From: Fidelibacterota bacterium
Lineage (GTDB): Bacteria > Fidelibacterota > Marinisomatia > Marinisomatales > Marinisomataceae
Reading direction: 5' to 3'
Assembly (NCBI GenBank): GCA_965212055.1
Contig: OZ243041.1
Location: 608,001 to 672,000 of the forward strand
Length of the DNA stretch: 64,000 nt
Part shown: piece after piece, positions 1 through 10,392 of the stretch
How positions within the stretch are numbered: position 1 is the stretch's first letter
Layout: every line of letters starts with the position of its first letter
Made by a program: the position numbers and the translations under genes
Notes under the pieces: generated by a model
The model's input: the letters and a program-made list of their open reading frames with translations, nothing else
Told to the model about the DNA's origin: nothing
Databases searched by the model: none

Positions 1-1122
1 ACCTAGAGCTAAACCAACTTCATTAACAGAATCTAAACTTTCTGTAGTCATTGGGTTCACGATATTATAATTACCAAAAAATATACCACCTCTAAGATGC
101 ATTCTATCAAATGTATTATCTGTGAACAACGGTTTGGAAAATTTATTTAAAGAAACATTGACTCTATTTTTTTCTTTAATATGCCCAGGATAAATCGAAC
201 TTAATAAATTGTTATTTCCTTTATTTTCCCACATATCAAGTTCGAGCTGTAAATGATAGAGTTCATAAATCTCATAATCTAATCCAATCTTAATATTGTT
301 AATTTTGATTTCGTCCTCAAAAGTAACCTTTGTTGGCAATAATGCTTCAGTAGCACTAGGATAGTCACTGCCATCATGATAATTGTTAGAATTAATATCG
401 ATAAATGCTTGGTATGATTCATTCTCTACATTAACAGGATTAAGAGAAAGATTATAATTCAAAGCAAGAACCAAGGGTTTATCTCTAAAGGAAAATCTTT
501 TAGTAGTATAATATAATTCAAGCAATGAACCTGAAAAATAATCTCTAGATTGCAGAAGATGATTTGTATCATCGATAATCAGATTTCGTATACTTCGAGA
601 TGATCCAAAAATTACATCTATAGCAACCCCAATATCGTCTTGATCATTTAGATTATAACCTAAAGCAAATTGCATCATTGATGAACCGCCGCTAGTTTCA
701 TCTGATCGAGAGTAACTTAGTGTATCACTTTCGTTAAATATAAATTCCTGGTAAGTGCTATCAACAACAGTTAATTGCCTTGACAAAAATGGAGAAAAAC
801 TTATTCCAATAGATAATTTTTGTTTTGCGGGTATAATAAGTTTTGCACCAGATAAATTCGAATTATTGACGGATTGATTACCAAATGAATTATGTTGACC
901 TTCAAAAGAAAGCGACAAAAATGTAAACGGCATGTTATGCCAAGTTGAAGGATTAGATAAAGATACATTATTCTGAAAACTTGGGACTAGACCAACTGAC
1001 CCTGAACCTAAAGATGCCGATTCATTATTCTGTGAGAACATACCATAACCATATCCATTCATTGTAGACTGCCCCAATAGACCACTTATCAATAGAATAT
1101 ATACAAATCTATGGCTTAACAT
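1..1122 (-). CDS. Outer-membrane beta-barrel protein, FadL/long-chain fatty acid transport-like; runs off window start
   Basis: Not in the ORF track. Manual translation from ATG at 1122 gives MLSHRFVYILLISGLLGQSTMNGYGYGMFSQNNESASLGSGSVGLVPSFQNNVSLSNPSTW...: a signal peptide plus the GYG...SLGxG...NP pattern typical of FadL-like N-termini. No stop seen in the part translated; the frame is continuous with position 1. Confidence 0.65.
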   Translation of the reverse strand, partial: MLSHRFVYILLISGLLGQSTMNGYGYGMFSQNNESASLGSGSVGLVPSFQNNVSLSNPSTWHNMPFTFLSLSFEGQHNSFGNQSVNNSNLSGAKLIIPAKQKLSIGISFSPFLSRQLTVVDSTYQEFIFNESDTLSYSRSDETSGGSSMMQFALGYNLNDQDDIGVAIDVIFGSSRSIRNLIIDDTNHLLQSRDYFSGSLLELYYTTKRFSFRDKPLVLALNYNLSLNPVNVENESYQAFIDINSNNYHDGSDYPSATEALLPTKVTFEDEIKINNIKIGLDYEIYELYHLQLELDMWENKGNNNLLSSIYPGHIKEKNRVNVSLNKFSKPLFTDNTFDRMHLRGGIFFGNYNIVNPMTTESLDSVNEVGLALG

Positions 1123-2401
1123 ATAATACCTCAACATTTTGAGTACTCAGTCTTACTTTATCGAATGGACTATTTGATGGAGCACTCCAAATTTGTAAAC
1201 CATGATTTTCAATTAAATTATTTTTATATAACTGAATAAAATTCTGAATAGGAAGCTCCACTTTACCGTCTTCAATTTTCCTTGAAACTAAAAAATTTAT
1301 ATCAAGAGAATAATCTTCGTTTTCATATGCACCTGAAAGAGTATCAAATGTCGTAAAACTCCAGTTTGATACAGTATCCGATAACGCTGCAATCACAACA
1401 AAAAAATCGTCTCCTTCATCCACGTTGGACGATTCAACGTCTAGCACTAATCTTGCATCTTTTATAATTGAATTTCTTGTAAGATCATCAATAACATTTA
1501 AGTCATATTGAAGTATTGAGCGATTTCCTGAACCGGAATTTATTGAGACATAATCATGGTCTTCAAGCGTAATTTCAGGCGGTTGGACAACACTAACATC
1601 TCGTGATGCATAAAATGTAATAAAAGTATCAACCAATGTAGTATCGTTTACTGTTGCTTTGTACCACACTCTTAATTTTGGACTAGATGAGCCCCCTGAC
1701 TCTTCACTTTTAATAGTAAATAATTGATCTAAATCATCGCTTGCTTTTAACATCATTGTTCTTGCAGGATATTGTTCTGTATCAAAGAATTCTTTGATTA
1801 GATCAATGTTATCATCCTTAAATAAAAAACTAATAGTATCATGTGTGGCAGCGCTGTCAGGCATAATCGACTCCAAAGAAACTTCATGGATTAATTTAGC
1901 AACACTCTCAAAATCTATATAATCTGCCAAACTATAAAAATTGGTTGAGTCTTCAGAAAAGATACTATCTTGATCTGCCAATACTGAATATAAAGACAAA
2001 GTTGACGCAGAGGACAATGAATCAGTAGTTTGAACAAAAACCATTGCACTATCTACTTGAATTGAATCTGCTAACAAATCGTTGAGTTGGGTTGGTGGAA
2101 GATAACCAGCGAATAAAGTGAACTCTACCAAAGAGAATAAATTTTCTGAATCTTTTAAATCTCCAAAAAATAAGGTTTGACTTGTCCCTAACCCACTAGG
2201 ATAAGCCTGAAAAACTTTACTTTTATCCAAAGGAAGAGTTAGAGTGTTAATTGTATATTCTGGATTATCTATATCATCATACAAAATGGTCTCTTCTGAA
2301 CAAGACACAGCAATAAAAAGTAAACTAATAACTATAAGAGGAATTCTGTTAGAAAAACGAAATTTCATATTATAGAACCTTAACTGTACGATCAATTTCA
2401 T
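1109..2401 (-). CDS. Acidic lipoprotein, DUF4270-like
   Basis: Lipobox AVSC after a hydrophobic stretch; start probably at 2368 (MKFRF). Lies directly downstream of the glycogen-synthase-domain gene, as in FCB bacteria. Confidence 0.5.
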   Translation of the reverse strand: MKLIVQLRFYNMKFRFSNRIPLIVISLLFIAVSCSEETILYDDIDNPEYTINTLTLPLDKSKVFQAYPSGLGTSQTLFFGDLKDSENLFSLVEFTLFAGYLPPTQLNDLLADSIQVDSAMVFVQTTDSLSSASTLSLYSVLADQDSIFSEDSTNFYSLADYIDFESVAKLIHEVSLESIMPDSAATHDTISFLFKDDNIDLIKEFFDTEQYPARTMMLKASDDLDQLFTIKSEESGGSSSPKLRVWYKATVNDTTLVDTFITFYASRDVSVVQPPEITLEDHDYVSINSGSGNRSILQYDLNVIDDLTRNSIIKDARLVLDVESSNVDEGDDFFVVIAALSDTVSNWSFTTFDTLSGAYENEDYSLDINFLVSRKIEDGKVELPIQNFIQLYKNNLIENHGLQIWSAPSNSPFDKVRLSTQNVEVLYVKP

Positions 2402-3185
2402 CTAATAAAGGTGAATAATCTATTTCATCGCCACCACTTAAGTTAACTATAGAACATTTTTTTGAATCTTTGAATATTTTTAATTTCATTAGCCTAGATG
2501 ATATATTACTTTTTTCACCATTAACAATAATAGTTTTATCTGCAAACATGCATCCTATCTGATTTAAGTTTAACGACTTAATTGAAGAAATAGTTTCATC
2601 CTGTAATCCTATATTTTTAGGATCAAAAATAACATCTTCATTAAGAGAATCGGTTAAATAAATAGATTTAATCTTTGAAAGCTCTTTATTCTCTTTTGAT
2701 AAAATCTTTAGTAACAATGGTATTAATGCTGCTGTCCAACCATTGCAAATAATAATATTTGGATACCAAAACAAATTTGGCAACATTTTGATTGATGCGA
2801 GGCAATAAAAAGCAAATCGTTTGTCATTATCAGTTAAAAATCGACCATTTTTTGATTTATATAAAAGATTATTTAACTCTCCAAAAAATCCTTTTTCCTC
2901 TAAGAAATATACCTGCAATCTAGATTTTGGCAGGAATGCGCTTTTAGCAGAACATATGAGTTCAGAATCATCAAAATTAAGAAAAATTTCTTTTAAGCGA
3001 ATTACTTCTCTTAAGATATATTTCCTCTCACTAATAAAGCCGTATTTTGGCATCAAACATCTTACATCGTTTCCTTTTGACTGAAGATTTAAAGGAACAT
3101 CAGAAGAATAATCAGATAAAGATGACGTCGAAGCAAAAGGCTCCATTTCGCTAGTAATATAAAAGATTTTTTTTGCCATCACCAA
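2370..3185 (-). CDS. Glycogen/starch synthase N-terminal (GT5) domain-only protein
   Basis: KKIFYITSEMEPF, DVRCLMPKYG, DNDKRFAFYC and IICNGWTAALIP motifs. Only 271 aa, with no C-terminal GT1 domain. Confidence 0.8.
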   Translation of the reverse strand: MVMAKKIFYITSEMEPFASTSSLSDYSSDVPLNLQSKGNDVRCLMPKYGFISERKYILREVIRLKEIFLNFDDSELICSAKSAFLPKSRLQVYFLEEKGFFGELNNLLYKSKNGRFLTDNDKRFAFYCLASIKMLPNLFWYPNIIICNGWTAALIPLLLKILSKENKELSKIKSIYLTDSLNEDVIFDPKNIGLQDETISSIKSLNLNQIGCMFADKTIIVNGEKSNISSRLMKLKIFKDSKKCSIVNLSGGDEIDYSPLLDEIDRTVKVL

Positions 3186-3236
3186 GAAGCAAGAAAATTA
3201 AGTAAATAGGATGAGAACTTCAACCGACAATTATTA

Positions 3237-4454
3237 TTAATTTTCTGATAAATTAATTACTAGACTTAACATTATAAAACATGACAATAAGAAAGATCCT
3301 CCTGCTGAAATAAAAGGCAATGGTAATCCTTTCACTGGCAATAAACCTACAGTCATCGCAGAATTGATAAATATATGAGATAAAAGAATTGAAGCTATAC
3401 CTACTATAACAAGACTAGAAAAATAATCAGACAATTGAAATGCAATATCAAGCAGGGTTTTAATAAATAAAAAGAAGATAATCATGACAAGAAAAATTCC
3501 TACAAATCCAAATTCCTCAGCTATCACTGATAAAATAAAATCTGATTCTTGTACAGGCAGAAACTTAAGTTGGGTTTGAGATCCATGACCAAATCCTTTT
3601 CCAAAAAAACCCCCAGAACCAATTGCGGTTACACTTTGTATAATATGATAAGCAGATCCCATTGGATCAAGATCTGGATTTAAGAAGGTTAGAATCCTTT
3701 CCTTCTGATACTCTGCTAAATTATTCCAAAAAAATGGAGCCAATAAACCCGTAAAAATATTGGCAAAATAGAGTACTGAACCTGATATAAGATTTGGACG
3801 AAACATTAGAAAACATAGAAACATTATGACAGCCCATACGCTGAAAAAAATAGTATTTGATGCTGCAAGTATAGTAATTATTGGAGCAATAATTAAAAAT
3901 ATAATAAAACCATTAACTCCAGCCCAAAGCAGCATTGGGATTAGAGGAGCACATACAATAACTGCTGTCCCTAAATCTGGCTGATTTAATACTATTCCAG
4001 CACAAAAAAGAGTTAAAATGGCAGGAACGATAACAATTGACTTAGATTTTACTTTAAGTTGGTGATTAGACAAATATTTTGCTATGACAATAACTAATGC
4101 AAACTTTAAGTATTCTGATGGTTGAAGAGTCATAAAACCAAGATCAATCCATCGATATGTATATTCAACTTGTGGTAGAAAAAATGGAATAAAACATAAT
4201 ATTGCTATTCCTACAAAAATGGTTGTTGAATTATCATGAACAGTCTTTAGAGGAATAGCTCTCATTGCTATGTAAGCAAAAAATGACAATAATATAAATA
4301 TACACTGCCTAAAAAATGAACTTCCTATTGATAAAGGATTATCAGAAATACTATAAAGAGCAACAAGGCCAATTATAAGCAATACACCTGTTAATACAAT
4401 TACTCGATTTCTTAAATCTTTTGGACTAAAAAGTGTAAGATTATTGGATGACAT
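3237..4454 (-). CDS. rodA: Rod shape-determining SEDS glycosyltransferase RodA
   Basis: RWIDLG..LQPSE..K, QPDLGTA, AIGSGG..GKG and DFILSVIAEEFG motifs; follows PBP2. Confidence 0.95.
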   Translation of the reverse strand: MSSNNLTLFSPKDLRNRVIVLTGVLLIIGLVALYSISDNPLSIGSSFFRQCIFILLSFFAYIAMRAIPLKTVHDNSTTIFVGIAILCFIPFFLPQVEYTYRWIDLGFMTLQPSEYLKFALVIVIAKYLSNHQLKVKSKSIVIVPAILTLFCAGIVLNQPDLGTAVIVCAPLIPMLLWAGVNGFIIFLIIAPIITILAASNTIFFSVWAVIMFLCFLMFRPNLISGSVLYFANIFTGLLAPFFWNNLAEYQKERILTFLNPDLDPMGSAYHIIQSVTAIGSGGFFGKGFGHGSQTQLKFLPVQESDFILSVIAEEFGFVGIFLVMIIFFLFIKTLLDIAFQLSDYFSSLVIVGIASILLSHIFINSAMTVGLLPVKGLPLPFISAGGSFLLSCFIMLSLVINLSEN

Positions 4455-4456
4455 AA

Positions 4457-6226
4457 TTATTTATCCGCTAAATATTCTTGTGAATTATTAATAAAATATG
4501 AAGCTATATCACCAGCCAAGGGAGCTGCTACTGAACCTCCGCTACCTCCATTCTCGATAATAATTACAATTGAATATCTATTATCGTTTAACTCAAAAAA
4601 TCCTATAAACGAAGCATGTGCCTCTCCGTGAGGGTTTTCTGCAGTACCAGTTTTTCCAAAAAATTGCAAATCTTTACTAGAAGACATTGCTCTCCAACCG
4701 GTTCCTCCTGTTGCATTAATTACATCAAATAACGAACTCCATATATAGTCCCATGTTTTATCTGAATACTCAATTGGAGCATAGTAACTAACATCTTTAT
4801 TAAGATTCATCTTTAATTTTGCAGTCTCCCCTTTTGATGCAATATGGTTAATAAAACGCAATCCTTGGATTGGAGTTACCAATATATCCCCTTGGCCTAA
4901 TGTAAGATTTAATAATACTCCTCTCTCAGACCAGCCCCATCTACCATATTGTTTAGTAAAAAATTCTCGATCTGGTATCAATCCAATTTTTTCATTTGGT
5001 AAATCAATCTCTGTCAAACTATTAAACCCAAAATTTCTAGCAGTTTCAACCCAACTCTCTAGAGACAACAACTGTACTTTCTCATAAAAATAAATATTAC
5101 ATGATTGTATGATAGCTTCATTTAAATCTACATAACCATGTCCATTTTCATTCCAACAACGAAACTCATTTCCCCCATACTCTATTGCTCCTACACATAA
5201 TGTAGAATCAGAAAGAGCAATAGTATTGTCTTCTAAAAGATTAATCGTTGTGATTAATTTTAACATTGAACCAGCGGGATATAACCCTGAAATAGATCTA
5301 TTGAGTAGAGGTTTATCAACATCTGAGAGTAGTTTGTCCCAATCTTCTTCAGATGTTGTTCCTCTGTATACACCTAAATCATAAGAAGGGCTACTAACCA
5401 TGCTGAGAATTTCACCACTATTAACATCGGAGATAATAACTGATCCTTTTTTTTCTCCCAATAAACCCTTAACAAATTTTTGTAGATTTGAATCAATTGA
5501 TAAAACAAGATTCTCTCCAGGAAAAGCAGGAATTTTGTTTTCTTCTAATTCAAATATTTCTCGACCATATGTATCAACCTCTATATAATCAATTCCTTTA
5601 GAAAATCTTAATTGCTTCTCATAATGTTTCTCTACTCCTTGCCACCCAATTAATTCTCCTGCTCTATACAGAAGGCTTTTATCAAGGTATGGAATAGTGT
5701 CTCGATCTACTTCTCTTAAATAACCTAAAAAATGTGCTTCATTAAACGGCGAAGGATAAATCCTTTCATCAAATCGTTCATATTCCAATCCAGGAAAATC
5801 TAGTCTTCTTTCTTCTATTTCAGAAATTTGTTCAAATGAGAGGTTTTTCCCGATGATAGCAGGAAGAAATTTACTTCTATAATACTTTTTATACCTTCTG
5901 TTTAATTCGTCTAAATTTGTATTCAAAATTGGAGCTAATTCTTTAAATATAGCTTCTTTATCCTCTAGCTTATATGGTTTTACTGTTAAAATATATGTTG
6001 GGTAATTATCTACAAGAATTTCACCAGAACGATCTAAAATCAGACCTCTCGGAGCATAGGTTGTAACTGCTTTTACGCGATTAATTTGTGATTTGGAAAA
6101 ATGCCTTTCATACTCAATTACTTGTAGATAATAGTATCTCCCTATTAAGGCAAGCAATGAAAAACACAAGATAAAAAGCAAAGTTCTGTAATGAAATAGA
6201 TCCGCTTTATTATCAACCTTAAGCAC
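4457..6226 (-). CDS. mrdA: Penicillin-binding protein 2
   Basis: APRGLILDR, SxxK (GSMLK), SxN (QSCN) and KTG (GKTGTAE); located in the mre operon. Confidence 0.95.
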   Translation of the reverse strand: MLKVDNKADLFHYRTLLFILCFSLLALIGRYYYLQVIEYERHFSKSQINRVKAVTTYAPRGLILDRSGEILVDNYPTYILTVKPYKLEDKEAIFKELAPILNTNLDELNRRYKKYYRSKFLPAIIGKNLSFEQISEIEERRLDFPGLEYERFDERIYPSPFNEAHFLGYLREVDRDTIPYLDKSLLYRAGELIGWQGVEKHYEKQLRFSKGIDYIEVDTYGREIFELEENKIPAFPGENLVLSIDSNLQKFVKGLLGEKKGSVIISDVNSGEILSMVSSPSYDLGVYRGTTSEEDWDKLLSDVDKPLLNRSISGLYPAGSMLKLITTINLLEDNTIALSDSTLCVGAIEYGGNEFRCWNENGHGYVDLNEAIIQSCNIYFYEKVQLLSLESWVETARNFGFNSLTEIDLPNEKIGLIPDREFFTKQYGRWGWSERGVLLNLTLGQGDILVTPIQGLRFINHIASKGETAKLKMNLNKDVSYYAPIEYSDKTWDYIWSSLFDVINATGGTGWRAMSSSKDLQFFGKTGTAENPHGEAHASFIGFFELNDNRYSIVIIIENGGSGGSVAAPLAGDIASYFINNSQEYLADK

Positions 6227-6695
6227 TTAATATAACCCTTTTTAGTGAGAAGAGTTTTACCAGAATAAAGGAAACAAAAACAGAATATAATGAGATTGAA
6301 ATTACACTTTTGAGAAAAAGGAAAAAGTTGCTAAATAAAAGGAAATCATATCTAAATAAACAGTAAATCACTATGCCAACCAATAAAGTAGCTATCCAGT
6401 ATAAATCAAAAGTTTGAAATACAAAATTAAAACGAATTCGAGATGCTATAAATGCACAGATTGAGAAAACCAAACTTGATAAACCTAGATATATACCAGT
6501 AAATAAAACTAAATCACAGACTAATCCAACTAAAAAGCCTATCATAACAGCTTTTGAAGTGTTAGACTGAGACATCTGAGATAAGATAACAAATAACAAC
6601 ATGATATTAGGTTGAAATCCATTAATAGTTAAAAGCTCAGAAAATATCAGCTGTAAAATAACTGCTAAACAAAAATACTGGATAAATAATCTCAT
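6219..6695 (-). CDS. mreD: Rod shape-determining protein MreD
   Basis: Hydrophobic 158 aa with QPN and GFLVGLVCD motifs; lies between mreC and mrdA. Confidence 0.85.
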   Translation of the reverse strand: MRLFIQYFCLAVILQLIFSELLTINGFQPNIMLLFVILSQMSQSNTSKAVMIGFLVGLVCDLVLFTGIYLGLSSLVFSICAFIASRIRFNFVFQTFDLYWIATLLVGIVIYCLFRYDFLLFSNFFLFLKSVISISLYSVFVSFILVKLFSLKRVILSA

Positions 6696-6701
6696 AACAA
6701 T

Positions 6702-7496
6702 TTATTCCCCATCCGCGTCAACAATAATAAACAACTGATTTATTGTAGACAAATCAGCATAAAGTTCTAAACGAACAATTTTATTAAAGCTATCTGATTT
6801 GTCATGAATACTTATAACCTTACCTACTGGAAGATCTGGAGGAAAATAAGAACTAAGATTTGATGTTAATACTATATCCCCAATATTAACTTTTGCAGTT
6901 TTTTTAACCTCAAATATCTCACAAACTTGATTGCTTCTCCAGCGCATTATACCTTCACTTTCAGATGGTACTATCTTAACGCTAAGCCTAAAATTACCAT
7001 CACTTACAAGCTGCACAGAAGAATGGTTATCAGATACAGCGATAATTTTTCCAATAACCCCTTTTGAAGATAGTACAGGATCATTTTTTTTCACTCCACT
7101 ATTCGACCCTTGGTTGATTAGGAAAGCATTAAGATTAGAGTTAGTTCCCTTCGATATAACGTCTGAACCGATAAAATTATAATCTCTTTTTGCTTTGAAA
7201 TCAAGAAACTCACGTAAACGTTTATTTTCCAGTTCATTTGAAGATAAAATTTGATTTTCTAAATTTAATTTCAAATTTTCTGATGCAAGAACTTCTACTC
7301 TTTTCATTAAAAAAGACTGGTTATCAATCCAATTAAATGGTTGATATAAAAAAGAAAATTTATCTGTAGTATATACTCTAAAAGACTGGATTTTTTCATT
7401 TTCACCTGAAAAAATCAAAAAAATCGATAAAAGAATACAGATTAATAAAGTGGAGACAGGTAAACTTTTTTCATTAAATAATCTAGCATTAGCCAT
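6702..7496 (-). CDS. mreC: Rod shape-determining protein MreC
   Basis: N-terminal TM, coiled coil (ENKRLREFL), INQGSNSGVKK, GVIGKI and GD.VLTS...FPPDLPVG motifs. Confidence 0.93.
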   Translation of the reverse strand: MANARLFNEKSLPVSTLLICILLSIFLIFSGENEKIQSFRVYTTDKFSFLYQPFNWIDNQSFLMKRVEVLASENLKLNLENQILSSNELENKRLREFLDFKAKRDYNFIGSDVISKGTNSNLNAFLINQGSNSGVKKNDPVLSSKGVIGKIIAVSDNHSSVQLVSDGNFRLSVKIVPSESEGIMRWRSNQVCEIFEVKKTAKVNIGDIVLTSNLSSYFPPDLPVGKVISIHDKSDSFNKIVRLELYADLSTINQLFIIVDADGE

Positions 7497-7510
7497 TCTT
7501 AATAGAAAAT

Positions 7511-8554
7511 TTAGATATTCCGATTTATTACATGTTGATATTTTTCAAGATTCTCAATAATCATACCACAACCTTTTACAACACTTAAGTGTGGTTCATC
7601 AGCGACATTAACAGGCACTCCTGTCTTCTCTCTTAAAACCTGATCAATACCTTTTAACAAAGATCCCCCACCAGCTAGAATAATCCCTCTTTCTACAATA
7701 TCTGCAGACAACTGAGGGGGAGTATCTTCTAATGCTTGTTTTATAACTTCTACAATTCTAGTTACTGGATCTTTTAAAGCTTGTCTAACTTCATCAGATC
7801 GAACTTCTAGAGTCTTAGGAATACCAGATACCAAATCTCTACCCTTTACTACAATATTCTTAGAACGAACTCTCATGGCAGAACCAACGGAAATCTTAAT
7901 TTCTTCCGCAGTTTGTTCTCCAATTTCAAGTTTATGTTCATTTCTAAACCAATGTATAATGGCTTCGTCCATCTCATCACCAGCAACTCTAATTGCTTTT
8001 TTTGTAACAACACCATTTAAGGATATAACTGCTACCTCAGTAGTTCCGCCACCTATATCAACAATAATATTGCCTAAAGGCTTACTGATATCAAGCCCAA
8101 TGCCTATTGCGGCTGCAACAGGTTCATCAACTAGAAATACTTCTCTTGCAGCTTGTTTTTCAGCAGCATCCTTTACAGCTTTTTTCTCAACTGCAGTAAC
8201 ATCAGAAGGTACACAGATTACTATTTTTGGTCTTCTAAGGCGATTTAAATTTACTTTTTTGATAAAACTATCGAGCATTGAATAAACAGCATCAAAATCA
8301 TCGATTACACCATCTCTTAAAGGTCGAATTGTCTCAATCCCTTGGTGTGTTTTCCCCAACATTTCTTTAGCTCGATCTCCAACAGCTAGGACTTTACCCG
8401 TCTGTGTTGATTTTGCAATAATTGAAGGTTCATTTATAATAAGTCCTCTTCCTGAAAGCCATATCAAAGTATTTGCTGTACCTAAATCAATAGCAATATC
8501 ACCGCTCACCCAATCAAAACTACCTACTATATTTTCTAAAAACTTAAATTTCAT
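7511..8554 (-). CDS. mreB: Actin-like rod shape-determining protein MreB
   Basis: AIDLGTANTL, IRPLRDGVI, VDIGGGTTEVA and GGGSLL motifs. Confidence 0.98.
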   Translation of the reverse strand: MKFKFLENIVGSFDWVSGDIAIDLGTANTLIWLSGRGLIINEPSIIAKSTQTGKVLAVGDRAKEMLGKTHQGIETIRPLRDGVIDDFDAVYSMLDSFIKKVNLNRLRRPKIVICVPSDVTAVEKKAVKDAAEKQAAREVFLVDEPVAAAIGIGLDISKPLGNIIVDIGGGTTEVAVISLNGVVTKKAIRVAGDEMDEAIIHWFRNEHKLEIGEQTAEEIKISVGSAMRVRSKNIVVKGRDLVSGIPKTLEVRSDEVRQALKDPVTRIVEVIKQALEDTPPQLSADIVERGIILAGGGSLLKGIDQVLREKTGVPVNVADEPHLSVVKGCGMIIENLEKYQHVINRNI

Positions 8555-8594
8555 GAATGCAATTTATAAAATATTATTCCTATTCATTATCTTT

Positions 8595-9170
8595 TTATTT
8601 CCTTAATCCTTTTTTGCTTAAATCATCAGCTTCTGTGTTTTTTTCTCTAACTACATGAGATATATTCCAAGATTTTAGCTTAAAACATAGCTTTATCACT
8701 TCGCCATGAAGCTTGATCATTTTAGAGTCTTTTAGCTTATACTCACCGTTAACCTGATTAACAACTAATTTGCTATCAGCGCATATACTAACATCATAAA
8801 CTCCGTATTCAAGACATCCTTGAATTCCTTTAATGAGAGCTAAATATTCTGCTTCATTACTTGTGCGACCACTACCGATATTTTCGGCAAAAGAAAAAAT
8901 TACTTTGTCGCCCTTTTTTAGAAGTCCTCCAATTGCGGCATTAATTGGTTTATAATCATCATCAAATTCAGCTGCACCATCTGTATATAACTGATGAGAT
9001 TCAGAACTGATTTCACTATCACTAGGCCCTATTAATTTTTCTAACTCTCGCATAGAATTTTCTAACTTCTGCATAGAATCCTTATGATCTTTATGAAGCT
9101 CTTCCTGTGCTTTTTTTAATTCCTTGTATTTTTTCTTGTAGTTGTCTTTACTCATAAAATTAGTATACAA
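8595..9170 (-). CDS. rnhA: Ribonuclease HI family protein with N-terminal coiled-coil extension
   Basis: LYTDGAA, TSNEAEYLAL, ADSKLVVNQ and HVVREKNTEADDLS supply the D-E-D-D catalytic residues. Confidence 0.85.
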   Translation of the reverse strand: MYTNFMSKDNYKKKYKELKKAQEELHKDHKDSMQKLENSMRELEKLIGPSDSEISSESHQLYTDGAAEFDDDYKPINAAIGGLLKKGDKVIFSFAENIGSGRTSNEAEYLALIKGIQGCLEYGVYDVSICADSKLVVNQVNGEYKLKDSKMIKLHGEVIKLCFKLKSWNISHVVREKNTEADDLSKKGLRK

Positions 9171-10392
9171 ATGGATATCTTAATCTATAATCACCAAAAC
9201 CATAATCATCAACAAAGGCAAATTCTTGTCCAATAGAGAAATAATACCAAGTTTCATAGCTATAATTGCTTTGCATTGAGGAATATCTCTGAATATCATC
9301 AGGTTTACCAAATAAAATAAAAATCATACCCATATCAGATCGCCAACCTCCTGCAGTCCCTCTAGAGAAATTTTCCTCTGTAAATGCAACTCTTGCATAA
9401 TACTCATCCATTAATTCATTAATCTTTGTATCCGGTTTTGGATCTCTTCTTGCCCATGCTTTTTTGAAAAAATTTTCTTTGTCACTCTGCTTTAGTTGTT
9501 TTAGTTCTTTTCTCTCTTCAGATGTTAAGATATAGCTCATTTGAGATAATGCTAAATCAATATTATTAATGCTATCAGGCATAAAAGAATTTCTAAATCT
9601 GAATCCCAAAGATTTGGATTCTGTAGAATTCTTTTGATTTATAGAAACTTGTACTTTTAAATCTTTTTTATCTATATCCGTCGTAGGGACTGTAATTAAA
9701 TGGGAAACAATTCTACTATCACTCGATGAATTAATTGTCTTATTCCACTGCACTTCTTTTCCGCTCAATATATTGATAACCATTTCATATTCTCCTGTAT
9801 CAACAGTAGCATATTGGTAAAATTTTATTTCATTATTCTTAACAACTATCTGGTTGGCATCGATTGGAAATTCATTCAATTTAAATCCCCATTCCCCTTT
9901 TGCTTCTTTTATAAATATTGGATCATAAATTTGAGAATCATTTGAGAATTGTTTTAGTTTTATTTCGTTATTCTTTTTACTGCTCAACTTTGTGTCGAGA
10001 TCTTTCACCGTCATAGAAACATTATAATCACCTAAAGGCACAACAAAGGAAGTGTTTAGAACTGTATTTTTAACCTTAGAAGTAGTTTCAGAAAACCTGT
10101 TAGATACAATTTTATCTGAAAAAGAACCAGTTGCAACTTGTACGTCTTCATCGTCGGTTGTAACAAATATGTTTGCATCATATTCTGCAATAAATTTATT
10201 CTTTTCTTTGATAAATTGAAGGGATCGATTTGGGATAATAACAAAAGACATTATCTCAACTAAACCTGATTCTAAAGGACGTGTAAAAGAAGTCATTCGA
10301 AATTGATCAATATTGCGATTTAAATCTCTTTGATTTCTGTTTTGAGGAAAAATTAAACCGACTAATAATATGCAAATAAGAAATTTCTTCAC
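9160..10392 (-). CDS. GWxTD domain-containing exported protein
   Basis: Signal peptide; C-terminal W..RDP.P.T..NE...EYY.RV and GWRSDMGMIFILFGKPD. Confidence 0.85.
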   Translation of the reverse strand: MKKFLICILLVGLIFPQNRNQRDLNRNIDQFRMTSFTRPLESGLVEIMSFVIIPNRSLQFIKEKNKFIAEYDANIFVTTDDEDVQVATGSFSDKIVSNRFSETTSKVKNTVLNTSFVVPLGDYNVSMTVKDLDTKLSSKKNNEIKLKQFSNDSQIYDPIFIKEAKGEWGFKLNEFPIDANQIVVKNNEIKFYQYATVDTGEYEMVINILSGKEVQWNKTINSSSDSRIVSHLITVPTTDIDKKDLKVQVSINQKNSTESKSLGFRFRNSFMPDSINNIDLALSQMSYILTSEERKELKQLKQSDKENFFKKAWARRDPKPDTKINELMDEYYARVAFTEENFSRGTAGGWRSDMGMIFILFGKPDDIQRYSSMQSNYSYETWYYFSIGQEFAFVDDYGFGDYRLRYPFVY

